Below are positions 52,113 to 64,000 of a stretch of DNA of 64,000 nt, piece after piece. This DNA is from Octopus vulgaris (Eukaryota): assembly GCA_951406725.2 (NCBI GenBank), contig OX597814.1, positions 68,758,001 through 68,822,000 on the forward strand, given 5' to 3'. The notes beneath the pieces are model-generated. The model saw only the letters and a program-made list of their open reading frames with translations. It searched no databases and had not been told where the DNA came from. Both the position numbers and the translations under genes were made by a program. Numbering within the stretch: the first letter of the stretch is position 1; every line of letters starts with the position of its first letter.

Positions 52113-52263
52113 ATAATTAAGGGTACTAACAGGCAGTACCGGCATGCTAAATATAGTAGCCAAAATCACCAAACCACAAAGTGTTTAAGTGAAAATTTGT
52201 GGTTTGGTCATTTTAACTGCTGTATTTAGCATGCCGGTATTGATTGTTACTAGCCTTAATTAT
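52113..52263. repeat. ~150-bp imperfect palindrome (MITE-like)
   Basis: ATAATTAAGG..TACCGGCATGCTAAATA..ACCAAACCACAAA [15 nt] TTTGTGGTTTGGT..TATTTAGCATGCCGGTA..CCTTAATTAT. Confidence 0.8.
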
Positions 52264-52269
52264 GTATAT

Positions 52270-52341
<72 letters not shown>

Positions 52342-52366
52342 TTATATATATTTATTATATAGAAGG

Positions 52367-52417
52367 AGCTTCTACAGGACTAGTACTGTTTCATTCAAGA
52401 GAAATCTTCAGGAAGCT
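52367..52417 (-). ncRNA. Compact type I hammerhead ribozyme (PLE pLTR, 3'-most copy)
   Basis: Minus strand: AGCTTC-CTGAAGA-TTTCTCTTGAAT-GAAACAG-TACTAGTC-CTGTA/GAAGCT; 6-bp stem I, intact core, 4-bp stem III, GUA cleavage triplet. Confidence 0.8.
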
Positions 52418-53363
52418 ATTTAACAAGAATTGTATTAGCATTTATACATTTAGGCAGGTTTAAAGGAGTGGTGGTGGGGGACTTTTTGGGGGTAGGCATA
52501 GCGCAAAATATCATACTTGGGGGAGTGGTCAAGGAGTCAGTGGTAAGTTAGATGAAGGAATAGATAAATAAAAAAATAAAAAAATAAAAAAATATAAAAA
52601 AATAAAAAGTAAAAAATAAAAATAAAATAAAATAAAAATAATAAAATAAAATAAAAATAAAAAATAAAAAATATATATAAAAAAATATATATATAAAATA
52701 TATATATACAAAAATATATATATAAAAAAAAGGGGGATAGAGTTATAGGTAAATAAGGAGATTCTCACTTATACCTATACACACATGTATACGTATCTAC
52801 ACACACATACATACATACACATATATATACACACACATATACACACACACATATATATACATACATATACATACCTACACATACACACATACATACATAC
52901 AAATATACATATACATATATATATATACAATCCAATACAGGCCCATTCCCTAATTTTAATTTTATTATCTTCATTTATTACTTTTGTTATCTTTGATCGC
53001 TAGGGCTAAGAATCCTGGCAATGGCTGCAGTCCATTTGTCTGTCTACTAGAATGCAAGTACTCATTCCCGCACGCACACTCATTAGCACGTACATTCACC
53101 CATTCGTACACTCATACACATACACGTACGCACGCGTTATATTCATACATACAAACATCTACATACGTTCACGTATATACACATACGTACTCGTACCTAC
53201 AGATTCGTGTCTACACTTTAGGAGGCTAGACTATACATATACACCAATAAATATACATATATATATATATATATACCCGCATATACATACACACACACAC
53301 ATATATACTCCTACATACAGATACATACCTACATATATATACATATATATATATATATACATG

Positions 53364-53417
<54 letters not shown>

Positions 53418-53920
53418 CATACACATACACACATACATATACACACACATACATACACATATATATACATACACAAACATATATACACACATATATATAT
53501 ACATACACACATACACACATACATACGTATACATACATACATACATCCATACATCCATACTTACATGCATTTATACGCATACACACACCCATCTATATAT
53601 ATGCATATATATATATATATATATATATAACACACTCACACATACATATACAAATCCACGCACACACATACATACATACACGTATACGCATACACGCACA
53701 TACACATATACATGCGTACCCATACACGTGCACACACGCACGCGCATCCATATATATACACACACACACATATATATACACACGTGTGCAAGCATACATA
53801 CATACTCATACGCGCACACATACTTACAAATACATATATGCACACACTTACACACATATATATACATACACATATACATGCATACATACATATATGCATA
53901 CATACACACACGCACTCATA

Positions 53921-53970
<50 letters not shown>

Positions 53971-54049
53971 TATATATATATACACACACACATACATACA
54001 TAGATACACATACGCATACATACACATACACATACATACACACATATAT

Positions 54050-54092
<43 letters not shown>

Positions 54093-54297
54093 TACATATA
54101 TACACACATACATACATATACATACACACACACATACATATATACATATACACTGATACACATACCCATACATACACATGCATATACTTATATCACTACA
54201 TACTCACATATATAAACATATATACATATACACACATACATATATACATGTACATACACATACGTATGCATATATATACATATACATATATATACAC

Positions 54298-54330
<33 letters not shown>

Positions 54331-54578
54331 TATACATGTATACATACGCAAAAATGATACACATATATACACATACACACACACAGACAGATGCATATAC
54401 ATACATATATATATATAAACTACATATCTATATAAATACATACATAATACACATATACACACACATATATATACATTCATGCATATACATATACAAGTAT
54501 ACACATACATACACACACACGCGCACACATACATATACACACACACATATATACAAATACATACATACATACACACAT

Positions 54579-54609
<31 letters not shown>

Positions 54610-54983
54610 CATACACATACACGTACACATATACATATGTATATATATATCAACAAGGGAGGGTAAAGTTAATTAGTTATTAATCAATTTCATCAAGTGT
54701 TCAGTATGTAAAGGGACCATTATTATTTTGAGTAAACAATGTTAGAGGGAAAAAATTCTCTAAGTAGTGGAAGAGGCTAAAAAACTTTATTGGCTGCTAT
54801 TTCTAGAAAGTTTAGTATGTGGCAAAGTAATTTATTTTATTTTCCTAATCCCTAATTATATAATATTTTATACATACATACACATACATAAGCACATACA
54901 TTTACACATACATATGCATATACATATATACACATATACATACAAACACATATACACATATACACACACACACACATACAAGC

Positions 54984-55022
<39 letters not shown>

Positions 55023-55026
<4 letters not shown>

Positions 55027-55204
55027 TTATATAGAAGGAGCTTCTACAGGACTAGTACTGTTTCATTCAAGAGAAATCTTCAAGATTTCTCTTGAATGAA
55101 ACAGTACTAGTCCTGTAGAAGCTCCTTCTATATAATAAATTAATTTTACTCTGCTATGTATTGAGTACCTTACTTACTGTGGTTAACCCCGAATCAACCC
55201 GGGA

Positions 55205-55212
<8 letters not shown>
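55023..55212. mobile_element. Fold-back mini-insertion of the same PLE's terminus into its own pLTR (TA)n
   Basis: 55023-55081 equals 52351-52409; 55082-55212 is the reverse complement of ~57666-57795; absent from unit 2 (~60400-60430). Confidence 0.9.
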
Positions 55213-55240
<28 letters not shown>

Positions 55241-55481
55241 AATATATATACATATATATTTTTTTACATGCATACATACACACACACACACATAATACAT
55301 GCGTATATTCCTACTGTACCCATGCATTTCTATACAAATATACATACATACATACATACGATACACATATACAAGCGTGCACATATAATATGTGAAAGGT
55401 CTTAGGAGAAAAGGTAATCGGGGGTGCTAGGGGAACAGTGGGGTTGGGGGGGTTGTAGGGGGGGTTGTAGGGGGGTTGTCA

Positions 55482-57622
55482 TCAATCAGGTTGCCGGGTA
55501 GGTCTATAGTTCTTGTAGTTCGCATACTTCTTATGCATACAATTTGGGGAGTGTTCTGAAAATTTGTTAAGGAGAGGGCCTTTGGCGAACAAGATCTCTA
55601 GGCTCTCTGATATGCATAGGTCACAGCAGGTATGTCCTCCTGTGTACGAGCGCGCCTTCTGTAGTAGTTTCCACTTGGTCTTGAAGGGGATTGAGTTCCT
55701 TTTAAGGTACCAGATGTGGGCGGCGAGGGTAGTTTGGTTGGATTTATCCTGTCGCCGGAACGAGTGTGTATGTGCATACCAGCGGGTCTTAAAGCTGTTT
55801 GACGTCATTCCAATGTAGGATTTACTTTTATCGTCAAGGCCTGATCTTACCTCGCATTTATATACTAGGTCCCTCTTTAGGCAGTTGTTGTTGAGGGGGC
55901 AGGTGGTTTTATCATGGCAGTTGCAATTGCTATCGGACGTTGGATGGGCCCCGGAGAAAGTAGATATGTTAAGTTTTTTCACATTGTTGTTGGCTAGGTT
56001 CCTGGCTAGGTTGGGCGTGGTAGAGTAGGAGAGTCTAATAGTGTTCTTATTTAGGATAGTGTAGTACTTATGTTGGGTGGGGAAGTGTTTCTGTAGGAGA
56101 GTGAAAAAGATCTTAGCTACAGGTGTAGCGACCTCACGGTTGAAGGGGGGTTGTACCAGCTAATGTGTCTTCGTCTATTTTTCCTGGGTTGGCGTGGGGC
56201 TATACTAGTGTAGGTAATCTTATCTTTAAAACCACTGCGGGCCAGGGCCTCGTTGTAATAGGGGGCTGCGGCCTTAAAGATATCTTCCGTGGCGGACAGG
56301 CTAGAGATTCTAATTGAGACACTTTTTACTAGGTTATCTAATATATTTCTGGGGTGGTTGGAATTGATATCTATATATCTAAGGGATTCATTTGGTTTGT
56401 GGTACGGGTAATAAAGTGAGGTTTTTAAGTCGAGGGTGACATCTAGGAAGTTAGCCTTAGTTAAGTTGGATTCTAGGGTAATCCTAAGGCCTAAGTTTTT
56501 AAAGAAGGTGTGAAGATTTTTCCGGAACCCATCCGTGGTCCTGGGGTTTATATTGTGGAGGGCGAAAAGGCCGTCATCTCGGTAAAGACCACCGGAGAGG
56601 CCTGTGAATAGGGTTTTCAGCCTATGGAGGATGAAAAGGCCCACTAGGTCACTTATTTCAGCAGAGTCGTTAGCACCCATGCTGACGTCGAAGGGGGTCA
56701 CAGATTTTTTGTTGATCCAGTGGGATCCGTCATAGAAAAGAAAAGTCTTACGTGCGTGGAGGATCACATCTTGCTCTGCCTCGGTGATGGTGGAGGACCT
56801 CCTGGCGAAGTTAATCCCATCGATCAGCAAGCTCTCCGATATAGAGGCGTAGTAATCCTCGATATCCAGTTGTAGGAATCGGGTGTTGCTTTTATCTGGT
56901 AAATCCCGGAACCAAGTTATTGCCTCGGAGGTCCTATTCCAGAGTGGAAGGGGTGAAGCTTCACGCATTTTTGGTAAAATCCTGTCCAAGATCTTCTTGC
57001 TGATGGATCCGATGTCAGACTTGGTTGGGTTAATCAAACGGACCGACGGTTTATTTTCGAAATGGTCTTTGTGGTCTTTCAGGGTGAAGTGTGGGGACTT
57101 CACCCTCAGGGGTTCTGTTCGGTCGTCGATTTTAAGGGAGGTGGCAATCTCTTTCCCGGCCAAGTTGGTTTCAGTTAGCGCTACGTCGTCTACTTTCTTG
57201 TATTTAGCTGTGATGGCGTTATCGGCTAGTCTATTATAGGTATCCGGAGTCACCGCGTAAATATTTTTTGTCTTGTCCGAAGGGACATGGAGGTTCTGGG
57301 AGCTTTTCATTTTCGAAAGCTTCGCATTCAGTTCCGTTTGGAAAGGTAAGTTGACTCTCCTGAATTTGATGTTTTTTATCATGAGGAAGAGGTCTTCTTC
57401 AAACGGTTCAAGTAGGCTGTTGGTAGGAGGGGCCTTATTTGATTTGAAGCCGTACTTATCATTACTGGTAGATGCTACATCAGGGTTGTCGAAGAAGAAA
57501 GATCTCCATCGAATTCTTTTGATGAACTCATCAGTCCGTCTAATGAGGGCTTTTTGGTACTGTTTCCTTGGTGGGATAGTAATGTTCTTCAGGGAAGTGT
57601 CGAGGTCGATTCTTGTCAGCAT
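55482..57622 (-). CDS. PLE polyprotein, copy 1 (RT + GIY-YIG), ~713 aa if the single 1-nt frameshift at 56145-56150 is corrected
   Basis: SLKNITIP..FIKRIRWRSFFF N-terminus; RT LDIEDYYASI, VSMGANDS, LYRDDGL, FLDVTL; CNCHDKTTCPLNNNCL; LVYKC..SYIGMT..FKTRWYAH; CDLCISE; CMH. Confidence 0.9.
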
Positions 57623-57753
57623 TTTTCTTGGTGATGGTTATAAGGGCACTAGGGTGTGCTAAGATATGTAGGTCCCGGGTTGATTCGGGGTTAACCACAG
57701 TAAGTAAGGTACTCAATACATAGCAGAGTAAAATTAATTTATTATATAGAAGG

Positions 57754-57804
57754 AGCTTCTACAGGACTAGTACTGTTTCATTCAAGAGAAATCTTCAGGA
57801 AGCT
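57754..57804 (-). ncRNA. Compact type I hammerhead ribozyme (middle copy)
   Basis: Identical to 52367-52417; predicted cleavage ~137 nt upstream of the ATG at 57622. Confidence 0.8.
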
Positions 57805-58752
57805 ATTTAACAAGAATTGTATTAGCATTTATACATTTAGGCAGGTTTAAAGGAGTGGTGGTGGGGGACTTTTTGGGGGTAGGCATAGCGCAAAATATCA
57901 TACTTGGGGGAGTGGTCAAGGAGTCAGTGGTAAGTTAGATGAAGGAATAGATAAATAAAAAAATAAAAAAATAAAAAAATATAAAAAAATAAAAAGTAAA
58001 AAATAAAAATAAAATAAAATAAAAATAATAAAATAAAATAAAAATAAAAAATAAAAAATATATATAAAAAAATATATATATATAAAATATATATATACAA
58101 AAATATATATATAAAAAAAGGGGGGATAGAGTTATAGGTAAATAAGGAGATTCTCACTTATACCTATACACACATGTATACGTATCTACACACACATACA
58201 TACATACACATATATATACACACACATATACACACACACATATATATACATACATATACATACCTACACATACACACATACATACATACAAATATACATA
58301 TACATATATATATATACAATCCAATACAGGCCCATTCCCTAATTTTAATTTTATTATCTTCATTTATTACTTTTGTTATCTTTGATCGCTAGGGCTAAGA
58401 ATCCTGGCAATGGCTGCAGTCCATTTGTCTGTCTACTAGAAGGCAAGTACTCATTCCCGCACGCACACTCATTAGCACGTACATTCACCCATTCGTACAC
58501 TCATACACATACACGTACGCACGCGTTATATTCATACATACAAACATCTACATACGTTCACGTATATACACATACGTACTCGTACCTACAGATTCGTGTC
58601 TACACTTTAGGAGGCTAGACTATACATATACACCAATAAATATACATATATATATATATATATATACCCGCATATACATACACACACACACATATATACT
58701 CCTACATACAGATACATACCTACATATATATACATATATATATATATACATG

Positions 58753-58806
<54 letters not shown>

Positions 58807-58995
58807 TACATACACATACACACATACATATACACACACATACATACACATATATATACATACACAAACATATATACACACATATATATATACATACACA
58901 CATACACACATACATACGTATACATACATACATACATCCATACATCCATACTTACATGCATTTATACGCATACACACACCCATCTATATATATGC

Positions 58996-59027
<32 letters not shown>

Positions 59028-59306
59028 TCACACATACATATACAAATCCACGCACACACATACATACATACACGTATACGCATACACGCACATACACATA
59101 TACATGCGTACCCATACACGTGCACACACGCACGCGCATCCATATATATACACACACACACATATATATACACACGTGTGCAAGCATACATACATACTCA
59201 TACGCGCACACATACTTACAAATACATATATGCACACACTTACACACATATATATACATACACATATACATGCATACATACATATATGCATACATACACA
59301 CACGCA

Positions 59307-59349
<43 letters not shown>

Positions 59350-59437
59350 CACACAATATATATATATATACACACACACATACATACATAGATACACATA
59401 CGCATACATACACATACACATACATACACACATATAT

Positions 59438-59482
<45 letters not shown>

Positions 59483-59970
59483 TACATATATACACACATA
59501 CATACATATACATACACACACACATACATATATACATATACACTGATACACATACCCATACATACACATGCATATACTTATATCACTACATACTCACATA
59601 TATAAACATATATACATATACACACATACATATATACATGTACATACACATACGTATGCATATATATACATATACATATATATACACATATACACATATA
59701 TATATATATATATACACACACATATACATGTATACATACGCAAAAATGATACACATATATACACATACACACACACAGACAGATGCATATACATACATAT
59801 ATATATATAAACTACATATCTATATAAATACATACATAATACACATATACACACACATATATATACATTCATGCATATACATATACAAGTATACACATAC
59901 ATACACACACACGCGCACACATACATATACACACACACATATATACAAATACATACATACATACACACAT

Positions 59971-60011
<41 letters not shown>

Positions 60012-60381
60012 CACATACACGTACACATATACCTATGTATATATATATCAACAAGGGAGGGTAAAGTTAATTAGTTATTAATCAATTTCATCAAGTGTTC
60101 AGTATGTAAAGGGACCATTATTATTTTGAGTAAACAATGTTAGAGGGAAAAAATTCTCTAAGTAGTGGAAGAGGCTAAAAAACTTTATTGGCTGCTATTT
60201 CTAGAAAGTTTAGTATGTGGCAAAGTAATTTATTTTATTTTCCTAATCCCTAATTATATAATATTTTATACATACATACACATACATAAGCACATACATT
60301 TACACATACATATGCATATACATATATACACATATACATACAAACACATATACACATATACACACACACACACATACAAGC

Positions 60382-60432
<51 letters not shown>

Positions 60433-60674
60433 AATATATATACATATATATTTTTTTACATGCATACATACACACACACACACATAATACATGCGTATAT
60501 TCCTACTGTACCCATGCATTTCTATACAAATATACATACATACATACATACGATACACATATACAAGCGTGCACATATAATATGTGAAAGGTCTTAGGAG
60601 AAAAGGTAATCGGGGGTGCTAGGGGAACAGTGGGGTTGGGGGGGGTTGTAGGGGGGGTTGTAGGGGGGTTGTCA

Positions 60675-62815
60675 TCAATCAGGTTGCCGGGTAGGTCTAT
60701 AGTTCTTGTAGTTCGCATACTTCTTATGCATACAATTTGGGGAGTGTTCTGAAAATTTGTTAAGGAGAGGGCCTTTGGCGAACAAGATCTCTAGGCTCTC
60801 TGATATGCATAGGTCACAGCAGGTATGTCCTCCTGTGTACGAGCGCGCCTTCTGTAGTAGTTTCCACTTGGTCTTGAAGGGGATTGAGTTCCTTTTAAGG
60901 TACCAGATGTGGGCGGCGAGGGTAGTTTGGTTGGATTTATCCTGTCGCCGGAACGAGTGTGTATGTGCATACCAGCGGGTCTTAAAGCTGTTTGACGTCA
61001 TTCCAATGTAGGATTTACTTTTATCGTCAAGGCCTGATCTTACCTCGCATTTATATACTAGGTCCCTCTTTAGGCAGTTGTTGTTGAGGGGGCAGGTGGT
61101 TTTATCATGGCAGTTGCAATTGCTATCGGACGTTGGATGGGCCCCGGAGAAAGTAGATATGTTAAGTTTTTTCACATTGTTGTTGGCTAGGTTCCTGGCT
61201 AGGTTGGGCGTGGTAGAGTAGGAGAGTCTAATAGTGTTCTTATTTAGGATAGTGTAGTACTTATGTTGGGTGGGGAAGTGTTTCTGTAGGAGAGTGAAAA
61301 AGATCTTAGCTACAGGTGTAGCGACCTCACGGTTGAAGGGGGGTTGTACCAGCTAATGTGTCTTCGTCTATTTTTCCTGGGTTGGCGTGGGGCTATACTA
61401 GTGTAGGTAATCTTATCTTTAAAACCACTGCGGGCCAGGGCCTCGTTGTAATAGGGGGCTGCGGCCTTAAAGATATCTTCCGTGGCGGACAGGCTAGAGA
61501 TTCTAATTGAGACACTTTTTACTAGGTTATCTAATATATTTCTGGGGTGGTTGGAATTGATATCTATATATCTAAGGGATTCATTTGGTTTGTGGTACGG
61601 GTAATAAAGTGAGGTTTTTAAGTCGAGGGTGACATCTAGGAAGTTAGCCTTAGTTAAGTTGGATTCTAGGGTAATCCTAAGGCCTAAGTTTTTAAAGAAG
61701 GTGTGAAGATTTTTCCGGAACCCATCCGTGGTCCTGGGGTTTATATTGTGGAGGGCGAAAAGGCCGTCATCTCGGTAAAGACCACCGGAGAGGCCTGTGA
61801 ATAGGGTTTTCAGCCTATGGAGGATGAAAAGGCCCACTAGGTCACTTATTTCAGCAGAGTCGTTAGCACCCATGCTGACGTCGAAGGGGGTCACAGATTT
61901 TTTGTTGATCCAGTGGGATCCGTCATAGAAAAGAAAAGTCTTACGTGCGTGGAGGATCACATCTTGCTCTGCCTCGGTGATGGTGGAGGACCTCCTGGCG
62001 AAGTTAATCCCATCGATCAGCAAGCTCTCCGATATAGAGGCGTAGTAATCCTCGATATCCAGTTGTAGGAATCGGGTGTTGCTTTTATCTGGTAAATCCC
62101 GGAACCAAGTTATTGCCTCGGAGGTCCTATTCCAGAGTGGAAGGGGTGAAGCTTCACGCATTTTTGGTAAAATCCTGTCCAAGATCTTCTTGCTGATGGA
62201 TCCGATGTCAGACTTGGTTGGGTTAATCAAACGGACCGACGGTTTATTTTCGAAATGGTCTTTGTGGTCTTTCAGGGTGAAGTGTGGGGACTTCACCCTC
62301 AGGGGTTCTGTTCGGTCGTCGATTTTAAGGGAGGTGGCAATCTCTTTCCCGGCCAAGTTGGTTTCAGTTAGCGCTACGTCGTCTACTTTCTTGTATTTAG
62401 CTGTGATGGCGTTATCGGCTAGTCTATTATAGGTATCCGGAGTCACCGCGTAAATATTTTTTGTCTTGTCCGAAGGGACATGGAGGTTCTGGGAGCTTTT
62501 CATTTTCGAAAGCTTCGCATTCAGTTCCGCTTGGAAAGGTAAGTTGACTCTCCTGAATTTGATGTTTTTTATCATGAGGAAGAGGTCTTCTTCAAACGGT
62601 TCAAGTAGGCTGTTGGTAGGAGGGGCCTTATTTGATTTGAAGCCGTACTTATCATTACTGGTAGATGCTACATCAGGGTTGTCGAAGAAGAAAGATCTCC
62701 ATCGAATTCTTTTGATGAACTCATCAGTCCGTCTAATGAGGGCTTTTTGGTACTGTTTCCTTGGTGGGATAGTAATGTTCTTCAGGGAAGTGTCGAGGTC
62801 GATTCTTGTCAGCAT
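60675..62815 (-). CDS. PLE polyprotein, copy 2 (RT + GIY-YIG), same 1-nt frameshift at 61338-61343
   Basis: Protein identical to copy 1 except FQAEL vs FQTEL in the ORF track. Confidence 0.9.
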
Positions 62816-62946
62816 TTTTCTTGGTGATGGTTATAAGGGCACTAGGGTGTGCTAAGATATGTAGGTCCCGAGTTGATTCGGGGTTAACCACAGTAAGTAA
62901 GGTACTCAATACATAGCAGAGTAAAATTAATTTATTATATAGAAGG

Positions 62947-62997
62947 AGCTTCTACAGGACTAGTACTGTTTCATTCAAGAGAAATCTTCAGGAAGCT
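62947..62997 (-). ncRNA. Compact type I hammerhead ribozyme (5'-most copy)
   Basis: Identical to 52367-52417. Confidence 0.8.
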
Positions 62998-63754
62998 ATT
63001 TAACAAGAATTGTATTAGCATTTATACATTTAGGCAGGTTTAAAGGAGTGGTGGTGGGGGACTTTTTGGGGGTAGGCATAGCGCAAAATATCATACTTGG
63101 GGGAGTGGTCAAGGAGTCAGTGGTAAGTTAGATGAAGGAATAGATAAATAAAAAAATAAAAAAATAAAAAAATATAAAAAAATAAAAAGTAAAAAATAAA
63201 AATAAAATAAAATAAAAATAATAAAATAAAATAAAAATAAAAAATAAAAAATATATATAAAAAAATATATATATATAAAATATATATATACAAAAATATA
63301 TATATAAAAAAAAGGGGGGATAGAGTTATAGGTAAATAAGGAGATTCTCACTTATACCTATACACACATGTATACGTATCTACACACACATACATACATA
63401 CACATATATATACACACACATATACACACACACATATATATACATACATATACATACCTACACATACACACATACATACATACAAATATACATATACATA
63501 TATATATATACAATCCAATACAGGCCCATTCCCTAATTTTAATTTTATTATCTTCATTTATTACTTTTGTTATCTTTGATCGCTAGGGCTAAGAATCCTG
63601 GCAATGGCTGCAGTCCATTTGTCTGTCTACTAGAAGGCAAGTACTCATTCCCGCACGCACACTCATTAGCACGTACATTCACCCATTCGTACACTCATAC
63701 ACATACACGTACGCACGCGTTATATTCATACATACAAACATCTACATACGTTCA

Positions 63755-64000
<246 letters not shown>

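Larger units (their letters stand above)
52351..63754 (-). mobile_element. Head-to-tail array of a Naiad-type Penelope-like retroelement: partial pLTR - ORF - pLTR - ORF - pLTR
   Basis: Units start at 52351, 57738 and 62931 (periods 5387 and 5193 bp) and are nearly identical; flanked by (TA)n at 52275-52350 and 63755-64000. Confidence 0.95.

Noticed and set aside
52529-55384. Dozens of long YI/HT/CV-repeat ORFs here and at 156-605, 5957-6494, 33512-33836 and 57924-60587
   Set aside because: Translations of TA/CA microsatellites, which lack stop codons; not proteins.
55476-55484. Tandem TGA TGA at the end of a Naiad-type ORF as possible selenocysteine codons (some Naiad PLEs encode selenoproteins)
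   Set aside because: All conserved Cys positions are ordinary Cys codons, the UGAs follow the last conserved motif, and I could not identify a SECIS by eye. A SECISearch run would settle it.
56883-57662. Plus-strand ORFs (56883-57239, 57273-57662, 55564-55818 and their duplicates)
   Set aside because: Antisense shadows of the PLE ORF with no recognisable motifs.

Overview
AT-rich, microsatellite-dense eukaryotic DNA. The repeat families resemble octopus (coleoid cephalopod) repeats, which is an inference from recall. The only host coding sequence I can support is one 101-bp exon (43769-43869, +) encoding TM6 of a class A neuropeptide GPCR that looks like a leucokinin/lymnokinin receptor, so most or all of the window is probably intron. 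The rest is transposable elements: a decayed RTE LINE, several R4/Dong-like RLE LINE pieces in (TAA)n/(GAA)n tracts, two hAT elements, mariner and Tx1 relics, tRNA-SINEs and MITE-like foldbacks. The most notable content is a set of Penelope-like elements (PLEs) carrying hammerhead ribozyme motifs. These include a very young head-to-tail array (52351-63754, - strand) of a 5193-bp Naiad-type PLE (RT + GIY-YIG, one hammerhead per unit, ~2.9 kb microsatellite-built pLTR, inserted in (TA)n, with a self-inserted fold-back mini-copy). There is also an inverted-pLTR PLE (33793-38100) and further PLE ends whose hammerheads have an unusually long (~70-150 nt) stem II. Most ORFs in the supplied track are microsatellite artefacts. 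All ribozyme calls are by-eye motif and pairing matches and are untested.
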